A stretch of DNA of 64,000 nucleotides from an uncultured Candidatus Saccharibacteria bacterium (GTDB lineage: Bacteria; Patescibacteriota; Minisyncoccia; Phycocordibacterales; UBA9973). The notes beneath the pieces are model-generated. The model saw only the letters and a program-made list of their open reading frames with translations, had not been told where the DNA came from and searched no databases. How positions within the stretch are numbered: the first letter of the stretch is position 1; the number at the start of each line of letters is the position of its first letter. Location of the stretch: NCBI GenBank assembly GCA_964404925.1, contig CAYOLW010000001.1:2106-66105 (forward strand). Direction: 5' to 3'. The position numbers were made by a program, and so were the translations under genes. Shown in pieces: positions 34,850 to 43,427 of this stretch.

Positions 34850-36521
34850 CAGATACTTCTTCGATAGAGGTTATGCCATTTAATATTTTTACCACCCCGT
34901 CTTGTCTCATGGACAAAATACCTTGGTGTTTAGCAATACTTTTTATTTCTCGTTCTGAAGGGTTTTCCGGCATTATTTTTTCAAGTGACTCATCTGTTTT
35001 GACTGCTTCAAAAATACCGATTCTACCTTTGTATCCTGTATTGTTACATTTTTCACAACCTGTTGGGTAAAAGAAGTGCAACTCTTGGTCTTTTTGAAGT
35101 CCATATTTTTTCAATTCTTTACCCTCTGTTTCCATGGTTGCTAATATGTTTTTCATTATTTCCAACTCTCTTTCTTTGGGTGCTTTTTCTATTTTGCAAA
35201 ATTGGCATAATTTTCTAACCAAACGTTGTGCTATTGAAAGAGAAAGTGCTGAAACAAGAATTTTTGGATTGACCTTAAGGTCAATCAAGCGGGGGATTGC
35301 ACCGGCTGCGTTGTTGGTGTGCAGCGTAGAGAAAACCATGTGACCAGTCAATGCAGCCTGGACAGCTGTTTCAGCCGTGTCTGGGTCACGTATTTCACCC
35401 ACCATGATTACATCAGGGTCTTGTCGTAATGCAGCTTTCATTCCTTCGGCGAACCCATACTTAGCATCGTCTTCTTTTTGAGTTTGGGTTATTCCACGTA
35501 GACGGTACTCCACCGGATCTTCAATAGTAATTATTTTTATTTCTGGAGAATAAATTCTGCGCAAGAATGCATACAGTGTGGTGGTTTTACCGCTACCAGT
35601 TGGACCTGTTACCAGAATCAATCCATTGGGCTTAGCTATTTCTTCTTTAATAATTCCAAACAAATACGGCTCAATACCCATATCTTCCAAATCAATCTGA
35701 ATTGATTTGGGATCCAAGATACGCATCACAATGGATTCTCCGTATGATCCAGGAATCATTGAAGTACGAATAGATAACTCTTCTTCACCTTCGGTTATAG
35801 AGAATCTACCGTCCTGGGAATTTTTAGAAGTAAGCTTCATTCCAGAAAGAAGTTTAATTCTAGAGTTTATTAGGTGGTAGGTGTCGAGTCCAAAAAAATC
35901 AATGTCTTGCAAAACACCATCGAGTCTAAAACGCAGTCGTCCACGATCGTTTTCTGGCTCGATGTGTATATCAGATGCCTTAATAGCAATAGCTCCAGCT
36001 AGAATTATTTCCAAGATTCTTGATATTCGGTGGACTTTGTTCGTCTCCATTTCTTTTTTGACCATGCTTGAAATATCTTGGATATGATTTATGTTTTCAG
36101 CTGTTTTGCGTAAAATCTCAGATGAAATATCAAGGCCACCAATTCTGGAGTTTTCGGCTAATGAAAGTTCTGTATACCTTTCCCAGACTTTTTCAATACT
36201 ACCTAAAGATGCCATATAAAAAACTGGAACCAGCCCATGACGTAGTACATCTTCACGGATTCGTTCCTTTAATTCGTCAGTTGGTGTTCTAAGTGCAACA
36301 TAAATATTTTTACCGACAAGTTTAAATGGACCAATTTTTAACTCTCGGGCATCAGCTTCTGAAATAGCACGCAATGATTCATTGTCTATACCGAGTCTGT
36401 ATAGGTCTACGTAAGGCAGATTGTATTTTGTTTCAGCCAGCATGGAGACCAACTGTTCTTCTTCTTTCCTGCGCAATTCATCAATCTGTTTATTTTGTTT
36501 ATCTTCATCAAAGGATGACAT
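34824..36521 (-). CDS. pilB: Type II secretion/type IV pilus assembly ATPase (GspE/PilB family).
   Basis: An N-terminal GSPII_E_N-like domain is present, with Walker A GPTGSGKTTTL, Asp/His boxes, and a tetracysteine motif CEKCNNTGYKGRIG. The gene overlaps the LOG gene by 26 nt. No other pilus genes are adjacent. Confidence 0.85.
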   Translation of the reverse strand: MSSFDEDKQNKQIDELRRKEEEQLVSMLAETKYNLPYVDLYRLGIDNESLRAISEADARELKIGPFKLVGKNIYVALRTPTDELKERIREDVLRHGLVPVFYMASLGSIEKVWERYTELSLAENSRIGGLDISSEILRKTAENINHIQDISSMVKKEMETNKVHRISRILEIILAGAIAIKASDIHIEPENDRGRLRFRLDGVLQDIDFFGLDTYHLINSRIKLLSGMKLTSKNSQDGRFSITEGEEELSIRTSMIPGSYGESIVMRILDPKSIQIDLEDMGIEPYLFGIIKEEIAKPNGLILVTGPTGSGKTTTLYAFLRRIYSPEIKIITIEDPVEYRLRGITQTQKEDDAKYGFAEGMKAALRQDPDVIMVGEIRDPDTAETAVQAALTGHMVFSTLHTNNAAGAIPRLIDLKVNPKILVSALSLSIAQRLVRKLCQFCKIEKAPKERELEIMKNILATMETEGKELKKYGLQKDQELHFFYPTGCEKCNNTGYKGRIGIFEAVKTDESLEKIMPENPSEREIKSIAKHQGILSMRQDGVVKILNGITSIEEVSGVVDLYEE

Positions 36522-36559
36522 TTGTTATTTATTATATAGCAAAGAAGTGAAATGGTATA

Positions 36560-39019
36560 ATGCAGGCAATGAAGAAAGACAAGAAGGTTTTGGTTCTACT
36601 CGACGCGCATGCGATTATTCATCGGGCATATCATGCATTGCCTGACTTTTCAGCGTCCACCGGAGAACCAACAGGTGCACTCTATGGGCTTTCAAACATG
36701 CTCATGAAAATAATTGATGATTTAAAGCCTGACTACATTGTGGCTTGTTATGATTTACCAGAAAAAACATTTAGACACGAAGCCTATGATGGATACAAGG
36801 CTGGCCGAGCTAAATCTGATCCAGCATTGATTGCACAGCTTATAAGTTCTCGTAAAATATTTGAAGCATTTAATATACCAATATATGATGCACCTGGGTT
36901 TGAAGCTGATGATGAGCTTGGCACAATTGCTGAAATGATGAAAAGCGAAAAAGAAGTGGAGGTGGTTATCGCTTCAGGGGATATGGATACAATGCAGCTT
37001 GTCGACGGTAAAAGGGTTCAGGTATATACACTAAAGAAAGGAATTAACGACACAATACTTTATGATGAGGATGCTGTTGTAGCTCGATTTGGATTTGCGC
37101 CAGAATTTCTTCCAGACTATAAGGGACTACGGGGCGACCCTTCGGACAACATAATAGGTATTAAAGGAATTGGAGAAAAAACAGCCACCACTTTAATACA
37201 AAAATTCGGTACAGTTGAAAAGATGTACGAAGCTTTGAAAAAAGTAGGCGCTCAAGATGATTTTAAAAAGTTTGGAATTACAGAAAGAATATTTAATCTA
37301 TTAAAAGACGGAGAAGAAGAAGCGTTGTTTTCTAAAACATTAGCAACCATCAGGCGAGATGCACCGATAGATTTCAAGCTTCCAGAGAAGACTTTCTGGC
37401 AGAATGCAGATGTAAAAAAAATAGAGAAAACTTTTAATGAATTTGAATTTCGTAGTTTGTTTGTCCGCTTACGTAATTTTTTTAGTGCTGGAGAAAGCCA
37501 GGAAAATTTACATGAATTTGTTCAGGTCCTCGGGTTGCCCGCGCAGAATTATAACAAAAGTTCGGGCTCAACCAGACCGCTCACAAATTCAGTAAATTCT
37601 ACTGGCGAAATTAATCCACAAGAATTAGAAGAAACCGCTATTGCACTCTGGCTCGTAAATTCAGAGATTTCTAATCCGAACTTGGATGATATTTTGCGTT
37701 TTGCTAAAACCTATGATTTTAAAGTGGCTCGTGATTTTATATTTGGCAGACTAAAAGGGGATGGGATAGAAAAGGTTTTTACAGAAATAGAAAAACCGAT
37801 TATTGGAATAGTGCATACAATGGAAGAGAGGGGTATCCTGCTTGATCAAGCATACTTTAAAAAAATAAGTGAAGATTATCAGAAAGAATTAGATTCTCTG
37901 ACTAAAAAGATTTATACCCTCGCTGGTACAGAGTTCAACATAAATTCACCCAAGCAAATAGCAGAAGTGCTTTTTGAAAAAATGGGAATAAAAACAAACA
38001 AAAAACGTGGTGCATCAGGTAGTTTTTCTACCAAAGCATCAATTCTAGAAGAGTTAGAAGAGGGGAATCCAATCATCACAGAAATAATGTCATACCGTGA
38101 GATTTCAAAACTACTCTCCACATATATTAATGTATTACCAAGTATGGTTGCAGAAGATGGTAGGCTGCACGCTAAATTTATCCAAAACGCTACTACCACT
38201 GGAAGATTCTCCTCACTTGATCCTAATCTACAAAACTTGCCAATAAAAAGTGAACTTGGTCGCAAAATCCGCGATGGTTTCGTAGCTGCACCAGGACACC
38301 AACTACTCGCACTTGATTACTCGCAGATTGAGCTACGGGTGGCAGCGATATTGTCCGGGGATGAAAACCTAACTCAGATTTTTGCTGAAGGCAAAGATGT
38401 GCATAGTGGAGTGGCGTCTTTTGTCTTTGGTGTGCCGATAGACAAGGTGGATAAAGAAATGCGCCGGAAGGCCAAGGTTATAAACTTTGGCATTATATAT
38501 GGTATGGGGGTGACAGCTTTGCGTAAGAACCTGGGTGGCACTCGCGAAGAAGCACAGAAATTTTATGATAATTACTTCCGTCAATTTAAAGGCGTGGCAG
38601 AATACCTTGAACAGACAAAAGAATTCGCTAAAGCCAAAGGCTATACCGAAACCCTATTTGGCCGCCGCCGATACTTTAAAGATATTAATTCAAGGCTACC
38701 TTTCCTGAAAAATATGGCTGAACGTACAGCCACCAATGCACCTATTCAGGGTACCGCGACCGCAGACATAATCAAACTCGCAATCCGGTACGCACATGAA
38801 GATTTAGAAAAAGCAGGACTTTTGAAAAAAGTACATTTGATACTTCAAATCCATGATGAGCTTGTGTATGAAGTAGAAGATTCTGTATTACAACAAGCAA
38901 CCGAAATAATAAAAAATGCCATGGAAGGCGTGCTGGCTCGATCATATATAAAATACAAAACAGAAATTACACTTATTGTCGGCTATGGCGCGGGCAAAAA
39001 CCTGGGGGAGGTGAAATAA
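36560..39019 (+). CDS. polA: DNA polymerase I with a 5'-3' exonuclease domain and a polymerase domain. The middle region lacks recognisable 3'-5' exonuclease motifs.
   Basis: The 5' nuclease N-terminus is VLVLLDAHAIIHRAYHAL. Pol motif A is DYSQIELR, motif B is RRKAKVINFGIIYG, and motif C is QIHDELVYEV. The true start may be the second ATG at 36569, which lies right after TATAAT at 36556-36561. Confidence 0.9.
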   Translation: MQAMKKDKKVLVLLDAHAIIHRAYHALPDFSASTGEPTGALYGLSNMLMKIIDDLKPDYIVACYDLPEKTFRHEAYDGYKAGRAKSDPALIAQLISSRKIFEAFNIPIYDAPGFEADDELGTIAEMMKSEKEVEVVIASGDMDTMQLVDGKRVQVYTLKKGINDTILYDEDAVVARFGFAPEFLPDYKGLRGDPSDNIIGIKGIGEKTATTLIQKFGTVEKMYEALKKVGAQDDFKKFGITERIFNLLKDGEEEALFSKTLATIRRDAPIDFKLPEKTFWQNADVKKIEKTFNEFEFRSLFVRLRNFFSAGESQENLHEFVQVLGLPAQNYNKSSGSTRPLTNSVNSTGEINPQELEETAIALWLVNSEISNPNLDDILRFAKTYDFKVARDFIFGRLKGDGIEKVFTEIEKPIIGIVHTMEERGILLDQAYFKKISEDYQKELDSLTKKIYTLAGTEFNINSPKQIAEVLFEKMGIKTNKKRGASGSFSTKASILEELEEGNPIITEIMSYREISKLLSTYINVLPSMVAEDGRLHAKFIQNATTTGRFSSLDPNLQNLPIKSELGRKIRDGFVAAPGHQLLALDYSQIELRVAAILSGDENLTQIFAEGKDVHSGVASFVFGVPIDKVDKEMRRKAKVINFGIIYGMGVTALRKNLGGTREEAQKFYDNYFRQFKGVAEYLEQTKEFAKAKGYTETLFGRRRYFKDINSRLPFLKNMAERTATNAPIQGTATADIIKLAIRYAHEDLEKAGLLKKVHLILQIHDELVYEVEDSVLQQATEIIKNAMEGVLARSYIKYKTEITLIVGYGAGKNLGEVK
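37528..37578 (+). repeat. GC-rich palindromic in-frame insertion within polA, encoding ...LGLPAQNYNKSSGSTRP.... It is a degenerate member of the family also found in uvrA and uvrC.
   Basis: The arms gggttgcccg and cgggctcaacc are near-complementary around an AT-rich loop. The core ggNtcaacc encodes G-S-T in the host frame. Confidence 0.45.
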
Positions 39020-39098
39020 CATCCTTGACTAAAAGCACAGAAGTTGTATAAATGGTTTAAGTAAACCCGCTCTTTTCACTTTTTAAACCACCTCCAAC

Positions 39099-39455
39099 AT
39101 GGAAGACTTCATTAACTATCTTCACGAACTTTTTCTGCCGGTGTGTGGCCCATGGTTAGAAGATGTTATACCTTTGCTTGGTTACGTTAATTCTATCGCT
39201 AATGTAATTTACTTATACTTTGGTTTTAGATATACAAAGACACCAAGGCTTGCAGATATTTTTGGAACAGGTGTTTGGTTGCCGGTTCTAATAATTGTTT
39301 GTTTGTCGGGCGTTTATTATAAAAATGCTCACCAGACTATATCTTTTTTTATTGCGTTAGTGTTTTTGTTAACACACCTTATTTTGTTAGTTGTTCGTTA
39401 TAAAAAACGAAAAAAGGCCATAAAACACAGAACCAAAAAACAAAAGAAAAAGTAA
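39099..39455 (+). CDS. Small membrane protein (118 aa) with a basic C-tail.
   Basis: There are three hydrophobic segments. The ORF is followed by a terminator. Confidence 0.4.
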   Translation: MEDFINYLHELFLPVCGPWLEDVIPLLGYVNSIANVIYLYFGFRYTKTPRLADIFGTGVWLPVLIIVCLSGVYYKNAHQTISFFIALVFLLTHLILLVVRYKKRKKAIKHRTKKQKKK

Positions 39456-39458
39456 GTC

Positions 39459-39487
39459 AGCCCTGCACCCCACAGGGCTTTTTTATT
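39459..39487 (+). terminator. Rho-independent terminator.
   Basis: The hairpin agccctg-cacccca-cagggct is followed by a T-run. Confidence 0.65.
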
Positions 39488-39564
39488 TGACAAATCTGTG
39501 TTTTCTTGTAGAGTGAATTTTGAACCCTAATTCTTCGTTAATTTCATAAAAAATCTCTGATAAT

Positions 39565-40605
39565 ATGAAAAGATATCTCTATTTTTTAGCTTTCTGCTTT
39601 TTTTTAAGCGGATGCAGCTTTGGAGATATCGATTCTCCAGAAGCTGCTTACTTTTTTGTCAAAGGATGGATGCCAAATACATTAATGGCATTTCTTTTTT
39701 GTTTTGGAATGGCGATTATTATAGTCGCTACGTGGTCTTTATTTGTTAAGGGGATTGCTTTTTTATACCGTAATATACGGGATATAAAAAACTGGTTCTT
39801 GAACGGATGGAATTACTTTGTGATTGCTTGTATCTGTTTGTTTCTAACAACAATCAGGGACAAGTGGCCAGACTGGATTTGGGATTGGTATCAAGCCTCC
39901 CACCCGGTGTGGTTAACTGCCGAAAACAATATATTTGTTAATGATACAACCTATTCCATAGCTGGTATCGGTGAGATTCAGGAACAAACTATTGTGGACA
40001 TGTACTTGAAACGTTTGAGAGACAGCACTCAATCTGAATATGAGTATAACTCAGTCGTTAAACTTTTTAATGAACTGCAAGACACTCTGAAACTTAGAAC
40101 AGTGTTGTCTCTATACGAGCCAATAAATATTGAATGTGGAATGAACCCATTTCGTGTCCGTGATGACGGGCGTGCGGCGGGGCTTATTCAGTTCACAAAC
40201 GATGGACTTGAAAACATTTTTTATAAAGGCAAAAGGGTTACTCTAGATGCTGTGAAAGAGTGTTGTAAAGTTCGCGACATAGATATGATGTGTAGCATTA
40301 CAAAGATGTATTTGTTGAATGTATTTAAATCTAAAAAAGCATTCAGTAAATATATTGATGTGTATATTGCTATATTTGCACCGGCTCACGTGGGTAAAGA
40401 CGACAACTTTGTCTTGTACCAAGGCAAAAACAACGACGAATATTACTTGAATGCTGGTTTTGATGGCTGGTATTTAAGTAACGCTGGACAAATTCTTTAT
40501 GCCAAAAGTATGAAGGATTACAAGATCACAATCCTGGAAGTTAAACTAACTGTAATCGCAAAACGAGAACGGTTAATGAAACAATATCTAAAACAAAATC
40601 ATTAA
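39565..40605 (+). CDS. Lipoprotein/membrane protein with a lytic-transglycosylase (SLT)-like catalytic motif.
   Basis: The lipobox FLSGCSF is followed by transmembrane segments. ECGMNPFRVRDDGRAAGLIQF matches the SLT E-[SC]-G-x-N...A-x-G-L-[MI]-Q active-site pattern. Confidence 0.45.
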   Translation: MKRYLYFLAFCFFLSGCSFGDIDSPEAAYFFVKGWMPNTLMAFLFCFGMAIIIVATWSLFVKGIAFLYRNIRDIKNWFLNGWNYFVIACICLFLTTIRDKWPDWIWDWYQASHPVWLTAENNIFVNDTTYSIAGIGEIQEQTIVDMYLKRLRDSTQSEYEYNSVVKLFNELQDTLKLRTVLSLYEPINIECGMNPFRVRDDGRAAGLIQFTNDGLENIFYKGKRVTLDAVKECCKVRDIDMMCSITKMYLLNVFKSKKAFSKYIDVYIAIFAPAHVGKDDNFVLYQGKNNDEYYLNAGFDGWYLSNAGQILYAKSMKDYKITILEVKLTVIAKRERLMKQYLKQNH

Positions 40606-40617
40606 AATCACACCGCC

Positions 40618-41511
40618 ATGACAAAAAGATTTTTTTCATTGCTGACGTGCGTTTTATTGCTTTCAGTGGTAAACGCGCAAAAAAGAAACCCTGCCCAAGA
40701 GGAAAAGTTGGGAACACAAATTAACCCTGACCTAGTGTTGAACGATGTGGTTGCCACAATGGGCAACCGTGTTTTTCAGAAGCCAGAAGGGGATGTTTCC
40801 TTTGTTTTCTCAGGGCATGTATTGACCTATGTTGCCCGCGGGAACAAGGATTATGTTGATATTCTTTCCGCCTTAGGTGAGCCCAGAAAGTCCAAATATG
40901 GACCACTTAAAGGTATCTACATTGGTAAAGAATATGTAGCAGGCAGAAGTGTTGAACCAGGCAGAGACCCAGATCCACCAAGAAATCTTAAGACGAAAGA
41001 AGATAAGTATCGGTGGGCTATTACCAACAGCATTTCCAGGGCTGCAGATTATTCAGAAGCTAACAGTCCCGAAATATATCGCGAAGTAGGTTATACGTGG
41101 AGTGAATTCCTGCGCATGGTTATGCCATATATGGGCCTTGTTGTTATTCTGTTGTGTGTTTTGTGGTTATTCCACGACGGACTTGGAAGAGAGTTGGTAA
41201 AAAACTTGAGTTGGCGAAATTTCGGAGTTGGGAAAGGGATATTCTCTTTTTGGGTTGTTATAACAGTGATTTATGTTGTTACTTTGTTGTGTGTAGGTGC
41301 TGGACTTGTGATTAATGCCGGCCTTGCTTTTTTTGAAGGCTACACAAGCAGTGATAATATTTTATGGCCCGCTGCGCAATGTATCGGTATCACATACCTT
41401 GTTGGTATTGGTATTGATTGGCTTGTAAGTTCTGACAAGTACACCACATCAGTTAATCAAATGTGGCTGGCGCAAGCGTCAGGTCACGGCAAAGGACATG
41501 ATCACGATTAA
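40618..41511 (+). CDS. Secreted or membrane hypothetical protein (297 aa) with a C-terminal transmembrane cluster and a His-rich tail.
   Basis: The signal peptide is LLTCVLLLSVVNAQ. C-terminal hydrophobic helices are present, and the tail is GHGKGHDHD. Confidence 0.4.
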   Translation: MTKRFFSLLTCVLLLSVVNAQKRNPAQEEKLGTQINPDLVLNDVVATMGNRVFQKPEGDVSFVFSGHVLTYVARGNKDYVDILSALGEPRKSKYGPLKGIYIGKEYVAGRSVEPGRDPDPPRNLKTKEDKYRWAITNSISRAADYSEANSPEIYREVGYTWSEFLRMVMPYMGLVVILLCVLWLFHDGLGRELVKNLSWRNFGVGKGIFSFWVVITVIYVVTLLCVGAGLVINAGLAFFEGYTSSDNILWPAAQCIGITYLVGIGIDWLVSSDKYTTSVNQMWLAQASGHGKGHDHD

Positions 41512-41523
41512 AACAAAAACATT

Positions 41524-41937
41524 ATGTTGGTTCCAAGATTAGATAAATCAGCTAAAATAGCGCTCGCACTTCTTGCGCTGACCTGTACACTTATCACTAT
41601 TTTTCTACCAGAAGTCTGGTACGATTTATGGAGAATGGTGAAATTTGTAATTCACTATTTTTCTATTGTTGTGTTTTTTATTTCAATCGGCTTTGTTTTT
41701 TACATCAATAACGAAAGGAAAAAACACAAAGAAGCAGAAAAGGGTGAGGCGAAAACCATTGTCATTCCGCAAACGGTTCTCGAAAAAATAAAAATAACAC
41801 TTGCGGATTCAGTGATTGCTTGGGTTGTAATAGGGGTGATTGCATTTTTGCTTTTCACAATAACCAAAGAGGCCCCAGTACCCGGATTTAGGGATGCGAA
41901 CGGCAACAAAATTGAACAAACCATTATCAGAGATTGA
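41524..41937 (+). CDS. Hypothetical membrane protein (137 aa).
   Basis: Three hydrophobic helices are present. Confidence 0.4.
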   Translation: MLVPRLDKSAKIALALLALTCTLITIFLPEVWYDLWRMVKFVIHYFSIVVFFISIGFVFYINNERKKHKEAEKGEAKTIVIPQTVLEKIKITLADSVIAWVVIGVIAFLLFTITKEAPVPGFRDANGNKIEQTIIRD

Positions 41938-41992
41938 TTAAACCCAATACCCCCTAGGGTTTACCTATATGGATTATCAGGGGGAAATTACC

Positions 41993-42025
41993 AAACGGTA
42001 CTCGAACGAGTACCGTTTTTTTATT
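41993..42025 (+). terminator. Rho-independent terminator.
   Basis: The hairpin aaacggtactcg-aa-cgagtaccgttt is followed by a 7-T run. Confidence 0.7.
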
Positions 42026-42055
42026 GCCAAAATATTTGTGTTAATGTGGTAGAAT

Positions 42056-42568
42056 ATGGTTATGGAACCTGAGAATGTACAAGAATCAAAAGACGAGAAA
42101 TTAGAGAGGGAAGCCAAGCATTTGGTTCACCACGTGTTGGCTCACTCATACACTGTTTATTTCTTTGTGCTTTTGGTGGGGGTGGCGCTGGATATGCTTT
42201 TCCCAATTCGTGTTTTTCCTCAGTATTTAAATACTGTTGGCATAGTCATGCTTCTTTTGTCTTCGGCTCTTATAGTCTGGGCTCAGACAAGCTCCATCGG
42301 CAGTCAGCACCACAGAAACAACAAAGAAGACTTAACCCACGATCATTTCAGATGTGGGCCGTACCGCTATAGCCGCACACCGACACATTGGGGACTCTTT
42401 CTTTTGGTATTAGGTTTCGGACTTATAATAAATGCATTCTTTATTACGATTCTAACTATTGTTTCATTTTTTATTACTAAGGTCACATTGATAGCTAAAG
42501 AGGAGAAAATCCTAGAAAGCCGCTACGGTGAGCCGTACAAAGAGTATAAAAAATCAGTCAAACTGTAA
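42056..42568 (+). CDS. Polytopic membrane protein with a possible ICMT/phospholipid methyltransferase-like fold.
   Basis: Four to five transmembrane helices are present. The C-terminal-half motif GPYRYSRTPTHWG resembles the ICMT-family G-x-Y-x-x-x-R-H-P-x-Y motif. This identification is weak. Confidence 0.35.
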   Translation: MVMEPENVQESKDEKLEREAKHLVHHVLAHSYTVYFFVLLVGVALDMLFPIRVFPQYLNTVGIVMLLLSSALIVWAQTSSIGSQHHRNNKEDLTHDHFRCGPYRYSRTPTHWGLFLLVLGFGLIINAFFITILTIVSFFITKVTLIAKEEKILESRYGEPYKEYKKSVKL

Positions 42569-42572
42569 TCAA

Positions 42573-42675
42573 GCAGTATATAAACTTTTTTCCGGTACGA
42601 AATTTTTGAAGCTTAAAAATTTCTGAAGTTGGCTCGCCGTCGCTCGCCAAACCCCTTCAAAAAGTTATATACTGC
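42573..42675 (+). ncRNA. Structured intergenic element, copy B (~103 nt). It ends 7 nt before the likely holA start.
   Basis: The outer arms gcagtatataaactttttt and aaaaagttatatactgc have the same 1-nt bulge as copy A. The inner hairpin gaaattttt-gaagctt-aaaaatttc carries a compensatory g/c-to-a/t change relative to copy A. Confidence 0.5.
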
Positions 42676-42682
42676 TTTCATC

Positions 42683-43330
42683 ATGATTTACCTTTTCGCT
42701 GGCGATGATGCTGACAAGAAAATAGCCAACTATCAAAAGTTTATAACTTTACTGCCCAAGGAAACAGAAGTTTTTAAAATTGCCCGCAATAACTTCGATA
42801 AAGTAGAAATAGAAAGCTTTTTCTCTGGGTCTGGTCTTTTCTTTAAAACATGTGCGGTTGTATTTTCTAATATTTTAGAAAGGGAAGACGAAAGGGGTTT
42901 TGTTTTTTCTAAACTAAATGAATTAGCAGATTCACTGAACACTTTTGTTTTTATTGAAAGTAAATTATTAAAATCTGAACTTGATGAATTCAAAGAGGTT
43001 AAAGCTCAAATAAATTATTTTGAATTACCAAAAGAAAAACACGAAAAATATAATAATTTTATATTAGCCAATGACTTGGGTGCCAGGGATAAGAAAAGTC
43101 TCTGGTTGCATTATCGTGAGGCGGTTGATTTGGGTGTGGGGCTTGAAGAATTGGTTGGGGTAATGTTCTGGAAGGTTAAAGATATGCTCGTAAAGGGTTT
43201 GTACGGCAAGTGGCAAAAGGAGGAATTGCAAAAAGTGGGTGCCAGGTTATCCTACCTGTTGCCTGAGGCCCGTCGTGAAGGTCGCGACGCCGAAATAGCC
43301 TTCGAGCAGTTTATACTAGAAATTTTTTAA
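42683..43330 (+). CDS. holA: Short DNA polymerase III delta subunit (HolA)-like protein.
   Basis: I prefer the start MIYLFAGDD at 42683, because the listed 42629 start lies inside the structured element. The N-terminal YLF-G-D-D and the SGSGLFFKTCAVVF pattern resemble holA N-domains. The protein is about 216 aa, shorter than canonical. Confidence 0.5.
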   Translation: MIYLFAGDDADKKIANYQKFITLLPKETEVFKIARNNFDKVEIESFFSGSGLFFKTCAVVFSNILEREDERGFVFSKLNELADSLNTFVFIESKLLKSELDEFKEVKAQINYFELPKEKHEKYNNFILANDLGARDKKSLWLHYREAVDLGVGLEELVGVMFWKVKDMLVKGLYGKWQKEELQKVGARLSYLLPEARREGRDAEIAFEQFILEIF

Positions 43331-43403
43331 TGTGCGCCCAGCAGGAATCGAACCTGCGACCATCTCCTTAAAAGGGAGCTGCTCTACCAGCTGAGCTATG
43401 GGC
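43331..43403 (-). tRNA. tRNA-Lys (anticodon UUU).
   Basis: Manual fold gives acceptor GCGCCCA/UGGGCGC, a D-arm GCUC-AGCUGGUAGA-GAGC, an anticodon stem GCUCC/GGAGA with loop CUUUUAA, and a T-arm GCAGG-UUCGAUU-CCUGC. The sequence closely resembles E. coli tRNA-Lys. Confidence 0.85.
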
Positions 43404-43427
43404 GCGTAGTGTGATAATATAGTAAAC

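Noticed and set aside
5432-42675. The two copies of the structured element as direct-repeat att sites bounding a ~37-kb integrated element.
   Set aside because: The enclosed region contains oriC, dnaA, dnaN, polA, ruvBC, PBP1A and the rpmH operon, which are core chromosomal genes. No integrase is present. The repeats are better explained as a dispersed structured motif.
42629-42682. The upstream-extended start of the holA-like ORF, and similarly 50103 for the trmH-like gene and 6740 for the 361-aa gene.
   Set aside because: The extensions overlap a structured non-coding element or the preceding gene. Conserved N-terminal motifs begin at the downstream ATGs (42683, 50193 and 6767).
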